From Balanoglossus misakiensis (lineage: Eukaryota; Animalia; Hemichordata): 64,000 nt of DNA. Below the pieces are notes generated by a model. That model saw only the letters and a list, made by a program, of their open reading frames with translations, made no database searches and was not told the DNA's origin. Of the stretch, positions 24,301 through 37,900 are shown one piece after another. Within the stretch, counting starts at the first letter, position 1. Each line of letters starts with the position of its first letter. A program made the translations under genes and the position numbers. The stretch covers positions 9,875,309 through 9,939,308 of the forward strand of contig CM082591.2 in NCBI GenBank assembly GCA_040954595.2. The letters run 5' to 3'.

Positions 24301-27300
24301 AGAGACAAAGTCGCTCTCTCTTTGTCCTTTTGCGATGATAGAATGCTTGCTTGAAGTCTCTCGTGCAATAAATGATGTCGATTCATACATGTATGGATGG
24401 TGTATAGGTGGTCGGAATTTACATGTCTTTGCCACGTAAAATCAAAGTTTGGGTCATGAAATCGAGTTTTGTTACAGTCTAGAATTTCATGCCACCACTT
24501 ATGGTCATATTATTCTTGGTAGGCAAAAGTGACAAGTAGTCAAGTTTCAACACATGCAACATTTTTTACAAACAAACAACAAAGAAGACATCAAAAGGGA
24601 GAGAATTATAGAATGGTCAATGTGTGAAAAGTTAAGATACGTAAAGTGGCCTGGTTCAACATTAGCTCATCGACTTCATATCGTCTTCATGCCATGGTTT
24701 TTGCCTGCCCTGAAAGTTCTTGTCGTTGCAGAAGTGGTTTTGACAGAAAGAATTTAGTCTTCCGGGATGTTTGTGATTATTTGAACACCAGACAATACAA
24801 TGCAACCTTGACTTCCAAAATACTTACCGGCATTGCATTATCTTACCATGGTTAGGCCTACAGTGAACAAATTTTCAACAATATTTTCTGAGTTACCGCT
24901 GATATTTGTTTTGTAGTATGGATATTAAATTATACATCCCGATACAAATCAGAATGTTATAGAATCCTTCCTGAGTGATATTGAAAAAATTACCGGAATG
25001 CTACCGCCTAATCTATGGTTAGGGTTATTGCTATTATTTTATATCAGTAATCGACTTTGTGTATATCAATGTCATTTTCATAACGAAAATGAACTCGAGT
25101 CTAATGTAAACGTTACGAATTGATCGAAAGGCGCTCTGATGAATGTTAACACGAGTGCGCAGTGACAAGACATGCATCGTGCGTGACAATGACAACAGTT
25201 CCTATAGAGCAGTTAAAAAATAAACCGGCCGTCCGTAAATTTATCAGCTATATTTTTTTTTTATTTAGTCACGTTTTCCCTGTTGCATGCTATTAGTTCA
25301 GGGGCCAGTTTTAGCAGTGCTCTATTGATTACTTTCGTATCGATGGATTGATCTCTCGTCCAATCAGAATGGCGGATGGTAGCATGATCCGACATATTGC
25401 GTATTTCAATAGGGCTTCCTCATACAGGTCAGAACGGAGAGGTCATTCCTTTTATTTTAGGACGTCTCAGCTCCTTTGTCTTTTCTGTTATAGTGTTAAA
25501 GAAATCAAACGGTTTTGTTTTGGCCGGTAAACACCGATGAATTAACTCTTAAGTCCATCGTGCATCCAAACGCAGTCGAGTCGGTTTGGTCATTGTTTAT
25601 GCGACAGTAAATGCCAAATGTGACAGAAGCATCATATTAAATGAGATAGAATACACAAACAAACAAACATACGAATAAACAAACAGGCAAACAAACAAAC
25701 AAACAACCATTAGGGACTGTTCAGAATTTACTTCCAAGTTGGGGATGGAGGATTTTTTATTTTCCTGGTGATTTTTTTCCATGGTCTCCCCTAGTAAATT
25801 GTGGAGAAAATATGTGGTTCCTCCTTAAATTTCCTGGGGATTTTCCATGGTCCCCCTATTGTGACTTTTATGTCTAGTCTCCCCTAATTTGTCTTGGAGA
25901 AAATGGGTGGTCCCCCCCCCTCTGAAAATTCTCCGCCCCCGGGAAGTAAATTCTGAACAGTCCCTTATTAAAGCCAACAGCTAGCACCCTGGCTTCTCTG
26001 CCAGAGGAGCGATAACATCGACAAAATGCAGATACACAAGAAATGAGCACTTTATTCCACAAGCGAAGTAGTCTGTTCCCTGCCCCATTCCCACCGTTGG
26101 CTGCGCCCTTTAGCGTAGCGCCGATGGCAGTGGGAATGGGGCAGGGGACCAGACTACAAGTGAAGAACCCCAGTAACAGACGTAACGAACAAACAAACTA
26201 CATGTACTAACAACAAAGCAAGAAAAGTGTCAAGCGTCGTCAAAGAAAACGAAAAAGTTCTAGCATGGTTGGTAAAAGTTATTGGTAGAAAACGAATAGG
26301 GCCTTCTACAAATGACGTCTCAGACCCGAAAACGCCACCAGAACACAAAACACATGCACAGAACAGTTTAAGCCGGTTGTTGTATGGAGCAGCAATAATC
26401 TGCGGTTGGGCCGTCGTAGATTTTCGCTGGTGGTGAAAATAAATAAAACACGATCGATGTTCGATTTATTCCAGATCACATGCGTTTACGGCCAGGAGAG
26501 AGCATAAAAGTCTTCAAATGACCATGTGGTGGCGCACTTTTTCCGATTGGCTGTATTTCAATTTGTTCGTGGTAAATTAATGTTGTGGAGGTGACCGGCA
26601 CTGAAGCTCTTAGCTAGGATGAGGTGGGATGGAAAAATGCCCCATTTTAGCTGTTTTAAAATATACGACTATTTATAGACAAAAGGAAAATAAAACAAGC
26701 GCAAAAACATACCAAACCTAGTTTTATTAATTAAAAACAAAATTGCTGAGTAAAGGTTTTCATGTGGGCATTCACTTTGAACTTGCTAAATTAATTTAAA
26801 GAGACAAAGTCGCTCTCTCTTTGTCCTTTTGCGATGATAGAATGCTTGCTTGAAGTCTCTCGTGCAATAAATGATGTCGATTCATACATGTATGGATGGT
26901 GTATAGGTGGTCGGAATTTACATGTCTTTGCCACGACCAAACCAACAACACGTAAAATCAAAGTTTCGGTCATGAAATCGAGTTTTGTTACAGTCTAGAA
27001 TTTCATGCCACCCCTTATGGTCATATTATTCTTGGTAGGCAAAAGTGACAAGTAGTCAAGTTTCAACACAGGCAACATTTTTTACAAACAAACCACAAAG
27101 AAGACATCAAAAGGGAGAGAATTATAGAATGGTCAATGTGTGAAAAGTTAAGATACGTAAAGTGGCCGGGTTCAACATTAACTCATCGACTTCATATCGT
27201 CTTCATGCCATGGTTTTTGCCTGCCCTGAAAGTTCTTGTCGTTGCAGAAGTGGTTTTGACATAAAGAATTTAGTCTTCCGGGATGTTTGTGATTATTTGA

Positions 27301-27568
27301 ACACCAGACAATACAATGCAACCTTGACTTCCAAAATACTTACCGGCATTGCATTATCTTACCATGGTTAGGCCTACAGTGAACAAATTTTCAACAATAT
27401 TTTCTGAGTTACCGCTGATATTTGTTTTGTAGTATGGATATTAAATTATACATCCCGATACAAAACAGAATGTTATAGAATCCTTCCTGGGTGATATTGA
27501 AAAAATTACCGGAATGCTACCGCCTAATCTATGGTTAGGGTTATTGCTATTATTTTATATCAGTAATC
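9390..27568. repeat. Higher-order repeat copy A (late unit 4 to unit 11)
   Basis: Unit-specific variants recur in the same order ~22.6 kb later: ORF 9855->32459, 12372->34976, 20586->43198, 24554->47167, 27162->49779. Confidence 0.92.
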
Positions 27569-30500
27569 GACTTTGTGTATATCAATGTCATTTTCATAAC
27601 GAAAATGAACTCGAGTCTAATGTAAACGTTACGAATTGATCGAAAGGCGCTCTGATGAATGTTAACACGAGTGCGCAGTGACAAGACATGCATCGTGCAT
27701 GACAGTGACAACAGTTCCTATAGAGCAGTTAAAAAAATAAACCGGCCGTCCGGAAATTTATCAGCTATATTTTTTTTTATTTAGTCACGTTTTCCCTGTT
27801 GCATGCTATTAGTTCAGGGGCCAGTTTTAGCAGTGCTCTATTGAGTACTTTCGTATCGATGGATTGATCTCTCGTCCAATCAGAATGGCGGATGGTAGCA
27901 TGATCCGACATATTGCGTATTACAATAGGGCTTCCTCATACAGGTCAGAACGGAGAGGTCTTTCATTTTATTTTAGGACGTCTCAGCTCCTTTGTATTTT
28001 CTGTTATAGTGTTAAATAAATCAAACGGTTTTGTTTTGGCCGGTAAACACCGATGGATTAACTCTTAAGTCCATCGTGCATCCAAACGCAGTCGAGTCGG
28101 TTTGGTCATTGTTTATGCGACAGTAAATGCCAAATGTGACAGAAGCATCATATTAAATGAGATAGAATACACAAACAAACAAACATACGAATAAACAAAC
28201 AGGCAAACAAACAAACAGACAACCATTAGGGACTGTTCAGAATTTACTTCCAAGTTGGGGATGGAGGATTTTTTATTTTCCTGGTGATTTTTTTCCATGG
28301 TCTCCCCTAGTAAATTGTGGAGGAAATATGTGGTCCCTCCTTAAATTTCCTGGGGATTTTCCATGGTCCCCCTATTGTGACTTTTATGTCTAGTCTCCCC
28401 TAATTTGTCTTGGAGAAAATGGGTGGTCCCCCCCCCCCCTCTGAAAATTCTCCGCCCCCTGGAAGTAAATTCTGAACAGTCCCTTATTAAAGCCAACAGC
28501 TAGCACCCTGGCTTCTCTGCCAGAGGAGCGATAACATCGACAAAATGCAGATACACAAGAAATGAGCACTTTATTCCACAAGCGAAGTAGTCTGTTCCCT
28601 GCCCCATTCCCACCGCTGGCTGCGCCCTTTAGCGTAGCGCCGATGGCAGTGGGAATGGGACAGGGGACCAGACTACAAGTGAAGAACCCCAGTAACAGAC
28701 GTAACGAACAAACAAACTACATGTACTAACAACAAAGCAAGAAAAGTGTCAAGCGTCGTCAAAGAAAACGAAAAAGTTCTAGCATGGTTGGTAAAAGTTA
28801 TTGGTAGAAAACGAATAGGGCCTTCTACAAATGACGTCTCAGACCCGCAAACGCCACCAGAACACAAAACACATGCACAGAACAGTTTAAGCCGGTTGTT
28901 GTATGGAGCAGCTATAATCTGCGGTTGGGCCGTCGTAGATTTTCGCTGGTGGTGAAAATAAATAAAACACGATCGATGTTCGATTTATTCCAGATCACAT
29001 GCGTTTACGGCCAGGAGAGAGCATAAAAGTCTTCAAATGACCATGTGGTGGCGCACTTTTTCCGATTGGCTGTATTTCAATTTGTTCGTGGTAAATTAAT
29101 TTTGTGGAGGTGACCGGCACTGAAGCTCTTAGCTAGGATGAGGTGGGATTGAAAAATGCCCCATTTTAGCTGTTTTAAAATATACGACTATTTATAGACA
29201 AAAGGAAAATAAAACAAGCGCAAAAACATACCAAACCTAGTTTTATTAATTAAAAACAAAATTGCTGAGTAAAGGTTTTCATGTGGGCATTCACTTTGAA
29301 CTTGCTAAATTAATTTAAAGAGACAAAGTCGCTCTCTCTTTGTCCTTTTGCGATGATAGAATGCTTGCTTGAAGTCTCTCGTGCAATAAATGATGTCGAT
29401 TCATACATGTATGGATGGTGTATAGGTGGTCGGAATTTACATGTCTTTGCCACGACCAAACCAACAACACGTAAAATCAAAGTTTGGGTCATGAAATCGA
29501 GTTTTGTTACAGTCTGGAATTTCATGCCACCCCTTATGGTCATATTATTCTTGGTAGGCAAAAGTGACAAGTAGTCAAGTTTCAACACAGGCAACATTTT
29601 TTACAAACAAACCACAAAGAAGACATCAAAAGGGAGAGAATTATAGAATGGTCAATGTGTGAAAAGTTAAGATAGGTAAAGTGGCCGGGTTCAACATTAA
29701 CTCATCGACTTCATATCGTCTTCATGCCATGGTTTTTGCCTGCCCTGAAAGTTCTTGTCGTTGCAGAAGTGGTTTTGACAGAAAGAATTTAGTCTTCCGG
29801 GATGTTTGTGATTATTTGAACACCAGACAATACAATGCAACCTTGACTTCCAAAATACTTACCGGCATTGCATTATCTTACCATGGTTAGGCCTACAGTG
29901 AACAAACTTTCAACAATATTTTCTGAGTTACCGCTGATATTTGTTTTGTAGTATGGATATTAAATTATACATCCCGATACAAAGCAGAATGTTATAGAAT
30001 CCTTCCTGAGTGATATTGAAAAAATTACCGGAATGCTACCGCCTAATCTATGGTTAGGGTTATTGCTATTATTTTATATCAGTAATCGACTTTGTGTATA
30101 TCAATGTCATTTTCATAACGAAAATGAACTCGAGTCTAATGTAAACGTTACGAATTGATCGAAAGGCGCTCTGATGAATGTTAACACGAGTGCGCAGTGA
30201 CAAGACATGCATCGTGCATGACAGTGACAACAGTTCCTATAGAGCAGTTAAAAAATAAACCGGCCGTCCGTAAATTTATCAGCTATATTTTTTTTTTTTA
30301 TTTAGTCACGTTTTCCCTGTTGCATGCTATTAGTTCAGGGGCCAGTTTTAGCAGTGCTCTATTGAGTACTTTCGTATCGATGGATTGATCTCTCGTCCAA
30401 TCAGAATGGCGGATGGTAGCATGATCCGACATATTGCGTATTACAATAGGGCTTCCTCATACAGGTCAGAACGGAGAGGTCATTCCTTTTATTTTAGGAC

Positions 30501-31994
30501 GTCTCAGCTCCTTTGTCTTTTCTGTTATAGTGTTAAATAAATCAAACGGTTTTGTTTTGGCCGGTAAACACCGATGGATTAACTCTTAAGTCCATCGTGC
30601 AACCAAACGCAGTCGAGTCGGTTTGGTCATTGTTTATGCGACAGTAAATGCCAAATGTGACAGAAGCATCATATTAAATGAGATAGAATACACAAACAAA
30701 CAAACATACGAATAAACAAACAGGCAAACAAACAAACAAACAACCATTAGGGACTGTTCAGAATTTACTTCCAAGTTGGGGATGGAGGATTTTTTATTTT
30801 CCTGGTGATTTATTTCCATGGTCTCCCCTAGTAAATTGTGGAGGAAATATGTGGTCCCTCCTTAAATTTCCTGGGGATTTTCCATGGTCCCCCTATTGTG
30901 ACTTTTATGTCTAGTCTCCCCTAATTTGTCTTGGAGAAAATGGGTGGTCCCCCCCCCCTCTGAAAATTCTCCGCCCCCTGGAAGTAAATTCTGAACAGTC
31001 CCTTATTAAAGCCAACAGCTAGCACCCTGGCTTCTCTGCCAGAGGAGCGATAACATCGACAAAATGCAGATACACAAGAAATGAGCACTTTATTCCACAA
31101 GCGAAGTAGTCTGTTCCCTGCCCCATTCCCACCGCTGGCTGCGCCCTTTAGCGTAGCGCCGATGGCAGTGGGAATGGGGCAGGGGACCAGACTACAAGTG
31201 AAGAACCCCAGTAACAGACGTAACGAACAAACAAACTACATGTACTAACAACAAAGCAAGAAAAGTGTCAAGCGTCGTCAAAGAAAACGAAAAAGTTCTA
31301 GCATGGTTGGTAAAAGTTATTGGTAGAAAACGAATAGGGCCTTCTACAAATGACGTCTCAGACCCGCAAACGCCACCAGAACACAAAACACATGCACAGA
31401 ACAGTTTAAGCCGGTTGTTGTATGGAGCAGCAATAATCTGCGGTTGGGCCGTCGTAGATTTTCGCTGGTGGTGAAAATAAATAAAACACGATCGATGTTC
31501 GATTTATTCCAGATCACATGCGTTTACGGCCAGGAGAGAGCATAAAAGTCTTCAAATGACCATGTGGTGGCGCACTTTTTCCGATTGGCTGTATTTCAAT
31601 TTGTTCGTGGTAAATTAATTTTGTGGAGGTGACCGGCACTGAAGCTCTTAGCTAGGATGAGGTGGGATGGAAAAATGCCCCATTTTAGCTGTTTTAAAAT
31701 ATACGACTATTTATAGACAAAAGGAAAATAAAACAAGCGCAAAAACATACCAAACCTAGTTTTATTAATTAAAAACAAAATTGCTGAGTAAAGGTTTTCA
31801 TGTGGGCATTCACTTTGAACTTGCTAAATTAATTTAAAGAGACAAAGTCGCTCTCTCTTTGTCCTTTTGCGATGATAGAATGCTTGCTTGAAGTCTCTCG
31901 TGCAATAAATGATGTCGATTCATACATGTATGGATGGTGTATAGGTGGTCGGAATTTACATGTCTTTGCCACGACCAAACCAACAACACGTAAA

Positions 31995-34900
31995 ATCAAA
32001 ATTTGGGTCATGAAATCGAGTTTTGTTACAGTCTAGAATTTCATGCCACCCCTTATGGTCATATTATTCTTGGTAGGCAAAAGTGACAAGTAGTCAAGTT
32101 TCAACACAGGCAACATTTTTTACAAACAAACCACCAAAAAGACATCAAAAGGGAGAGAATTATAGAATGGTCAATGTGTGAAAAGTTAAGATACGTAAAG
32201 TGGCCGGGTTCAACATTAACTCATCGACTTCATATCGTCTTCATGCCATGGTTTTTGCCTGCCCTGAAGTTCTTGTCGTTACAGAAGTGGTTTTGACAGA
32301 AAGAATTTAGTCTTCCGGGATGTCTGTGATTATTTGAACACCAGACAATACAATGCAACCTTGACTTCCAAAATACTTACCGGCATTGCATTATCTTACC
32401 ATGGTTAGGCCTACAGTGAACAAATTTTCAACAATATTTTCTGAGTTACCGCTGATATTTGTTTTGTAGTATGGATATTAAATTATACATCCCGATACAA
32501 AACAATGTTATAGAATCCTTCCTGAGTGATATTGAAAAAATTACCGGAATGCTACCGCCTAATCTATGGTTAGGGTTATTGCTATTATTTTATATCAGTT
32601 ATCGACTTTGTGTATATCAATGTCATTTTCATAACGAAAATGAACTCGAGTCTAATGTAAACGTTACGAATTGATCGAAAGGCGCTCTGATGAATGTTAA
32701 CACGAGTGCGCAGTGACAAGACATGCATCGTGCATGACAGTGACAACAGTTCCTATAGAGCAGTTAAAAAATAAACCGGCCGTCCGGAAATTTATCAGCT
32801 ATATTTTTTTTTATTTAGTCACGTTTTCCCTGTTGCATGCTATTAGTTCAGGGGCCAGTTTTAGCAGTGCTCTATTGAGTACTTTCGTATCGATGGATTG
32901 ATCTCTCGTCCAATCAGAATGGCGGATGGTAGCATGATCCGACATATTGCGTATTACAATAGGGCTTCCTCATACAGGTCAGAACGGAGAGGTCATTCCT
33001 TTTATTTTAGGACGTCTCAGCTCCTTTGTCTTTTCTGTTATAGTGTTAAAGAAATCAAACGGTTTTGTTTTGGCCGGTAAACACCGATGGATTAACTCTT
33101 AAGTCCATCGTGCATCCAAACGCAGTCGAGTCGGTTTGGTCATTGTTTATGCGACAGTAAATGCCAAATGTGACAGAAGCATCATATTAAATGAGATAGA
33201 ATACACAAACAAACAAACATACGAATAAACAAACAGGCAAACAAACAAACAAACAAACAACCATTAGGGACTGTTCAGAATTTACTTCCAAGTTGGGGAT
33301 GGAGGATTTTTTATTTTCCTGGTGATTTTTTTCCATGGTCTCCCCTAGTAAATTGTGGAGGAAATATGTGGTCCCTCCTTAAATTTCCTGGGGGTTTTCC
33401 ATGGTCCCCCTATTGTGACTTTTATGTCTAGTCTCCCCTAATTTGTCTTGGAGAAAATGGGTGGTCCCCCCCCCCTCTGAATATTCTCCGCCCCCTGGAA
33501 GTAAATTCTGAACAGTCCCTTATTAAAGCCAACAGCTAGCACCCTGGCTTCTCTGCCAGAGGAGCGATAACATCGACAAAATGCAGATACACAAGAAATG
33601 AGCACTTTATTCCACAAGTGAAGTAGTCTGTTCCCTGCCCCATTCCCACCGCTGGCTGCGCCCTTTAGCGTAGCGCCGATGGCAGTGGGAATGGGGCAGG
33701 GGACCAGACTACAAGTGAAGAACCCCAGTAACAGACGTAACGAACAAACAAACTACATGTACTAACAACAAAGCAAGAAAAGTGTCAAGCGTCGTCAAAG
33801 AAAACGAAAAAGTTCTAGCATGGTTGGTAAAAGTTATTGGTAGAAAACGAATAGGGCCTTCTACAAATGACGTCTCAGACCCGCAAACGCCACCAGAACA
33901 CAAAACACATGCACAGAACAGTTTAAGCCGGTTGTTGTATGGAGCAGCAATAATCTGCGGTTGGGCCGTCGTAGATTTTCGCTGGTGGTGAAAATAAATA
34001 AAACACGATCGATGTTCGATTTATTCCAGATCACATGCGTTTACGGCCAGGAGAGAGCATAAAAGACTTCAAATGACCATGTGGTGGCGCTCTTTTTCCG
34101 ATTGGCTGTATTTCAATTTGTTCGTGGTAAATTAATTTTGTGGAGGTGACCGGCACTGAAGCTCTTAGCTAGGATGAGGTGGGATGGAAAAATGCCCCAT
34201 TTTAGCTGTTTTAAAATATACGACTATTTATAGACAAAAGGAAAATAAAACAAGCGCAAAAACATACCAAACCTAGTTTTATTAATTAAAAACAAAATTG
34301 CTGGGTAAAGGTTTTCATGTGGGCATTCACTTTGAACTTGCTAAATTAATTTAAAGAGACAAAGTCGCTCTCTCTTTGTCCTTTTGCGATGATAGAATGC
34401 TTGCTTGAAGTCTCTCGTGCAATAAATGATGTCGATTCATACATGTATGGATGGTGTATAGGTGGTCGGAATTTACATGTCTTTGCCACGACCAAACCAA
34501 CAACACGTAAAATCAAAATTTGGTTCATGAAATCGAGTTTTGTTACAGTCTAGAATTTCATGCCACCCCTTATGGTCATATTATTCTTGGTAGGCAAAAG
34601 TGACAAGTAGTCAAGTTTCAACACAGGCAACATTTTTTACAAACAAACCACCAAAAAGACATCAAAAGGGAGAGAATTATAGAATGGTCAATGTGTGAAA
34701 AGTTAAGATACGTAAAGTGGCCGGGTTCAACATTAACTCATCGACTTCATATCGTCTTCATGCCATGGTTTTTGCCTGCCCTGAAGTTCTTGTCGTTACA
34801 GAAGTGGTTTTGACAGAAAGAATTTAGTCTTCCGGGATGTCTGTGATTATTTGAACACCAGACAATACAATGCAACCTTGACTTCCAAAATACTTACCGG

Positions 34901-37900
34901 CATTGCATTATCTTACCTTGGTTAGGCCTACAGTGAACAAATTTTCAACAATATTTTCTGAGTTACCGCTGATATTTGTTTTGTAGTATGGATATTAAAT
35001 TATACATCCCGATACAAAACAATGTTATAGAATCCTTCCTGAGTGATATTGAAAAAATTACCGGAATGCTACCGCCTAATCTATGGTTAGGGATATTGCT
35101 ATTATTTTATATCAGTAATCGACTTTGTGTATATCAATGTCATTTTCATAACGAAAATGAACTCGAGTCTAATGTAAACGTTACGAATTGATCGAAAGGC
35201 GCTCTGATGAATGTTAACACGAATGCGCAGTGACAAGACATGCATCGTGCATGACAGTGACAACAGTTCCTATAGAGCAGTTAAAAAATAAACCGGCCGT
35301 CCGGAAATTTATCAGCTATATTTTTTTTTATTTAGTCACGTTTTCCCTGTTGCATGCTATTAGTTCAGGGGCCAGTTTTAGCAGTGCTCTATTGAGTACT
35401 TTCGTATCGATGGATTGATCTCTCGTCCAATCAGAATGGCGGATGGTAGCATGATCCGACATATTGCGTATTACAATAGGGCTTCCTCATACAGGTCAGA
35501 ACGGAGAGGTCATTCCTTTTATTTTATGACGTCTCAGCTCCTTTGTCTTTTCTGTTATAGTGTTAAAGAAATCAAACGGTTTTGTTTTGGCCGGTAAACA
35601 CCGATGGATTAACTCTTAAGTCCATCGTGCATCCAAACGCAGTCGAGTCGGTTTGGTCATTGTTTATGCGACAGTAAATGCCAAATGTGACAGAAGCATC
35701 ATATTAAATGAGATAGAATACACAAACAAACAAACATACGAATAAACAAACAGGCAAACAAACAAACAACCATTAGGGACTGTTCAGAATTTACTTCCAA
35801 GTTGGGGATGGAGGATTTTTTATTTTCCTGGTGATTTTTTTCCATGGTCTCCCCTAGTAAATTGTGGAGGAAATATGTGGTCCCTCCTTAAATTTCCTGG
35901 GGATTTTCCATGGTCCCCCTATTGTGACTTTTATGTCTAGTCTCCCCTAATTTGTCTTGGAGAAAATGGGTGGTCCCCCCCCCCTCTGAATATTCTCCGC
36001 CCCCTGGAAGTAAATTCTGAACAGTCCCTTATTAAAGCCAACAGCTAGCACCCTGGCTTCTCTGCCAGAGGAGCGATAACATCGACAAAATGCAGATACA
36101 CAAGAAATGAGCACTTTATTCCACAAGTGAAGTAGTCTGTTCCCTGCCCCATTCCCACCGCTGGCTGCGCCCTTTAGCGTAACGCCGATGGCAGTGGGAA
36201 TGGGGCAGGGGACCAGACTACAAGTGAAGAACCCCAGTAACAGACGTAACGAACAAACAAACTACATGTACTAACAACAAAGCAAGAAAAGTGTCAAGCG
36301 TCGTCAAAGAAAACGAAAAAGTTCTAGCATGGTTGGTAAAAGTTATTGGTAGAAAACGAATAGGGCCTTCTACAAATGACGTCTCAGACCCGCAAACGCC
36401 ACCAGAACACAAAACACATGCACAGAACAGTTTAAGCTGGTTGTTGTATGGAGCAGCAATAATCTGCGGTTGGGCCGTAGTAGATTTTCGCTGGTGGTGA
36501 AAATAAATAAAACACGATCGATGTTCGATTTATTCCAGATCACATGCGTTTACGGCCAGGAGAGAGCATAAAAGTCTTCAAATGACCATGTGGTGGCGCA
36601 CTTTTTCCGATTGGCTGTATTTCAATTTGTTCGTGGTAAATTAATTTTGTGGAGGTGACCGGCACTGAAGCTCTTAGCTAGGATGAGGTGGGATGGAAAA
36701 ATGCCCCATTTTAGCTGTTTTAAAATATACGACTATTTATAGACAAAAGGAAAATAAAACAAGCGCAAAAACATACCAAACCTAGTTTTATTAATTAAAA
36801 ACAAAATTGCTGAGTAAAGGTTTTCATGTGGGCATTCACTTTGAACTTGCTAAATTAATTTAAAGAGACAAAGTCGCTCTCTCTTTGTCCTTTTGCGATG
36901 ATAGAATGCTTGCTTGAAGTCTCTCGTGCAATAAATGATGTCGATTCATACATGTATGGATGGTGTATAGGTGGTCGGAATTTACATGTCTTTGCCACGA
37001 CCAAACCAACAACACGTAAAATCAAAGTTTGGGTCATGAAATCGAGTTTTGTTACAGTCTAGAATTTCATGCCACCCCTTATGGTCATATTATTCTTGGT
37101 AGGCAAAAGTGACAAGTAGTCAAGTTTCAACACAGGCAACATTTTTTACAAACAAACCACAAAGAAGACATCAAAAGGGAGAGAATTATAGAATGGTCAA
37201 TGTGTGAAAAGTTAAGATACGTAAAGTGGCCGGGTTCAACATTAACTCATCGACTTCATATCGTCTTCATGCCATGGTTTTTGCCTGCCCTGAAAGTTCT
37301 TGTCGTTGCAGAAGTGGTTTTGACAGAAAGAATTTAGTCTTCCGGGATGTTTGTGATTATTTGAACACCAGACAATACAATGCAACCTTGACTTCCAAAA
37401 TACTTACCGGCATTGCATTATCTTACCATGGTTAGGCCTACAGTGAACACATTTTCAACAATATTTTCTGAGTTACCGCTGATATTTGTTTTGTAGTATG
37501 GATATTAAATTATACATCCCGATACAAAACAGAATGTTATAGAATCCTTCCTGAGTGATATTGAAAAAATTACCGGAATGCTACCGCCTAATCTATGGTT
37601 AGGGTTATTGCTATTATTTTATATCAGTAATCGACTTTGTGTATATCAATGTCATTTTAATAACGAAAATGAACTCGAGTCTAATGTAAACGTTACGAAT
37701 TGATCGAAAGGCGCTCTGATGAATGTTAACACGAGTGCGCAGTGACAAGACATGCATCGTGCGTGACAGTGACAACAGTTCCTATAGAGCAGTTAAAAAA
37801 TAAACCGGCCGTCCGTAAATTTATCAGCTATATTTTTTTTATTTAGTCACGTTTTCCCTGTTGCATGCTATTAGTTCAGGGGCCAGTTTTAGCAGTGCTC

